Under the pieces are notes generated by a model that made no database searches, was not told where the DNA came from, and saw only the letters and a list, made by a program, of their open reading frames with translations. A stretch of DNA of 64,000 nt from Somniosus microcephalus (Eukaryota), in contig CM126226.1 in the NCBI GenBank assembly GCA_052327205.1, positions 29,388,001 to 29,452,000 of the forward strand. The letters are read 5' to 3'. The position numbers were made by a program, and so were the translations under genes. Below, piece by piece: positions 61,581 to 64,000 of this stretch (within the stretch, counting starts at the first letter, position 1; every line of letters starts with the position of its first letter).

Positions 61581-64000
61581 CTTCAGGATAGGATAGGAGA
61601 GGGAGTGGGGGGGAGGAGGAAAGGGGAACTGGCACAAAAAAGCCTGTTTAAATGTAGAATGGCAAAGTTCAGAATGTTTATAGAACGTTGGTATTCTCCT
61701 GGGGCAGGAGCCTAAGTGCCCATACAAAAACAACATTCATCACAGGGGAGCTCGATGCTACTGCTGCAGTCAAACTAATGCGATGTTTTCCTATTCTCAA
61801 TGCTTTAATGAGCAAGTTGTGTCAAAGCTCGAGTCATACTTTTTTCCTTTCCCTAGAATAAAGGTGTTGTTTCTCCTGCAGCCCCTGTGGCTTCTCTAGT
61901 TTTACTCTGCTGACTTTCAAACAGCCTGTGGTTTCACATTCCATCACTCCAGGGCAGGACCGCTGAAAGATTTGAAATTCTAGCACATTAACCCCAATCC
62001 TGCCATACACGCCACCTGTCCCTCAGCACGACAGGAGTGTTGGCCGGGAGGTTTGGCGTGGACTCCTGTCCAATTAGAATACGGGATTTGAATTACCAGT
62101 GATGGCAGCATATTGTCCATGCACCGTGCCATCAGCAAGTCCAGATCCAAGGCAAACTGTTCAATACTCCCAGCACCAAACTTCAGGAATGTTCAAACGG
62201 AGACCCACTGTCCTCTCGGGGTAGCTGCCAAAGCTGTGCCCACTTTGAAGTGATCCTGATACACCGAGAAGGCGGATGTCTAGGTGGGGAGGCAGCATGT
62301 TTATGCACAGATTTTGTTGGAAGGACCTCACAGGAGCCTTCTGAACCTCTTCTCCGCCCTCCAGATTTCCTGCCCTCCTCTCCTGTACCCCAGAACTTCA
62401 CCGAACCAGTTCTTCTTCGTGCAAGAGCCACAGGCAGCAAGTGTCAGCAGGCTATTTGGCCATGGAAAGCATCACGGCCACGCCCAATCATTGCCCTCAC
62501 CCAAATGTCCCATGCACTTTTCAGCAGGGAGTACTGAATAATGATCAGGAAAAGGGACCCCCCCCCTTGCAATTAATGTTTTCCCAGGAGCATTGGGGCC
62601 AAATGGCGAGGCCTTGCTGAGGCCCCAACTGAGGTCCATTAACTCAGCACAGAATGGGAATCCGTGTTGGATGTTTTCTGGCCCGTACCAGGCGATGCAT
62701 TTACCCACCAAGCCATCACAGGAATTTGGAGACCCTCGCAGTAGGCAGCAGTCACCTGTACAGAGGACTACGGGAGATCTTTTTAACAGTGAAATTCCCA
62801 ACTCTTGCTTGGTAAAATCTTATGTAAACACATCCTGGTATAACTACCGATTATTGGATTAACTTTATAACCAGATTATTAAACCTTCTTTAAACAAGAG
62901 TTGGCTGGTGCCAACCAGTCTGACACCTGTGTCTGTCTTTAATGTGCATGATTTGTTTAGTTGTGAGGAACAGAGTTATTGAATGTATCTAATATGATGT
63001 TGGTTATTTGCCAGATTCTACCTACAATTGGATCTTATACAAGATGTGGATTATCCAGTTCCTCCCCCGATATGATCACCTAATCTCCTTTTGCAAAAAC
63101 AACACTGGCTGAAATGGAAGACTCCCTTTTACAGTCAACATTTTTTTTTGCTTTGTACCAAATCCAAGGACGTCTGAGCTCTCGGTCATACGGCGAGAGG
63201 GCTGCACATTTAGTGAGCGCGACCCGCAGATATGGACTTCTACAGAATCACGTCATCCACTAAATTCAATGCCTTTTGTCAAATAATTCTACCTCCACCT
63301 CCGCAACTAACTTCCTGTTTTGCAAGTGAAGGACATTCCTGAGCGCACCGGCCTGTAATTAGCCAAATGGCGCACAAAGCCCGGTTGAGGCCTTGGCAGA
63401 GGAAATAGGTTGATACACAGATTACACGGGCTCCCTACAGTTAGAGCAGCTCTCCTCTCCTCCTCCTCCTCCTCGTCCTCCGGCAACTGACACATTCTCA
63501 TTCTTTGCATGGAAGCAGCCGCTCCCAGAGAGCCCAAATGGAGCTGAACACCTGGGAAGCAGGCTTAATGATTTATCAGGCCCCCTGACTCGCCTCGCTT
63601 GCCCAATTGAAATATCGTCTGCACTTCAAATGGGCTTCTGGGGTTTAAAGAGGTCAAATACAGAAGAACGAATTTACCCTTTAATGTAATAAGCATCAGG
63701 AGATAGGCACTGGGGCATCAAACTATAGGAACATAGTCCTGAGCGACGGCTCTTATAGCTTGTGTGGGCTTAACTTGAGCTCCTGATTAGTTTGGAATAA
63801 GGATGGATTTATTCCTGGATGGAACATTCGGCTCTATTCATTGCCAGGTGGGGCAATCTGTTTTGGAAACTGTGAGGTAACAAGAGAGATGTCAAGCTGA
63901 CCCAATTAAAGTTTCAGGATTATACAGGGAATTGGACAAAAACTGATCCAGTCATTTGTGGTGAAAACTTCAATCCCCTGGCAGAACCCGGCAGTAAGAA

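Noticed and set aside
46081-64000. Search for EPHA2 exon 3 (ligand-binding domain) or nested genes
   Set aside because: No Eph ligand-binding-domain peptide or other credible coding signal was found; the short ORFs are repeat-derived or random. Treated as intron 3.

Overview
Vertebrate genomic DNA. The repeat content (DeuSINE/SacSINE1-like SINEs, CR1/HER1-type LINE 3' ends, Penelope, L2, Harbinger relics) points to a cartilaginous fish, probably a shark; this is an inference. The only host gene is EPHA2 on the minus strand. Fourteen coding exons, equivalent to human exons 4-17, run from 46080 down to the TGA at 27153-27155. All have GT/AG boundaries and consistent phases (2117 coding nt). A ~1.9-kb 3' UTR ends near an AATAAA at 25308-25313. 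Exons 1-3 lie beyond the right edge, so 46081-64000 is intron 3. Positions 1-25290 are intergenic and full of nested mobile elements. Highlights: (1) a 3.4-kb array of three non-autonomous Helitron-like units at one A|T site (17134-20500), plus a relative at 1196-1790, carrying promoter-like motifs (CCAAT in all four, with YY1, CRE, RFX X-box and splice-donor motifs in subsets); (2) a single-ORF APE-RT LINE with a tRNA-like Pol III head, plus its 5'UTR/3'-tail SINE-like derivative at 57.8 kb; (3) a Penelope element with a 13-bp TSD, ~370-bp inverted arms and two minimal hammerhead ribozyme motifs, inserted between that LINE's A and B boxes. Exon coordinates were counted by hand from the sequence. 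Most repeat boundaries are approximate, and family names come from recalled consensus features, not database searches.
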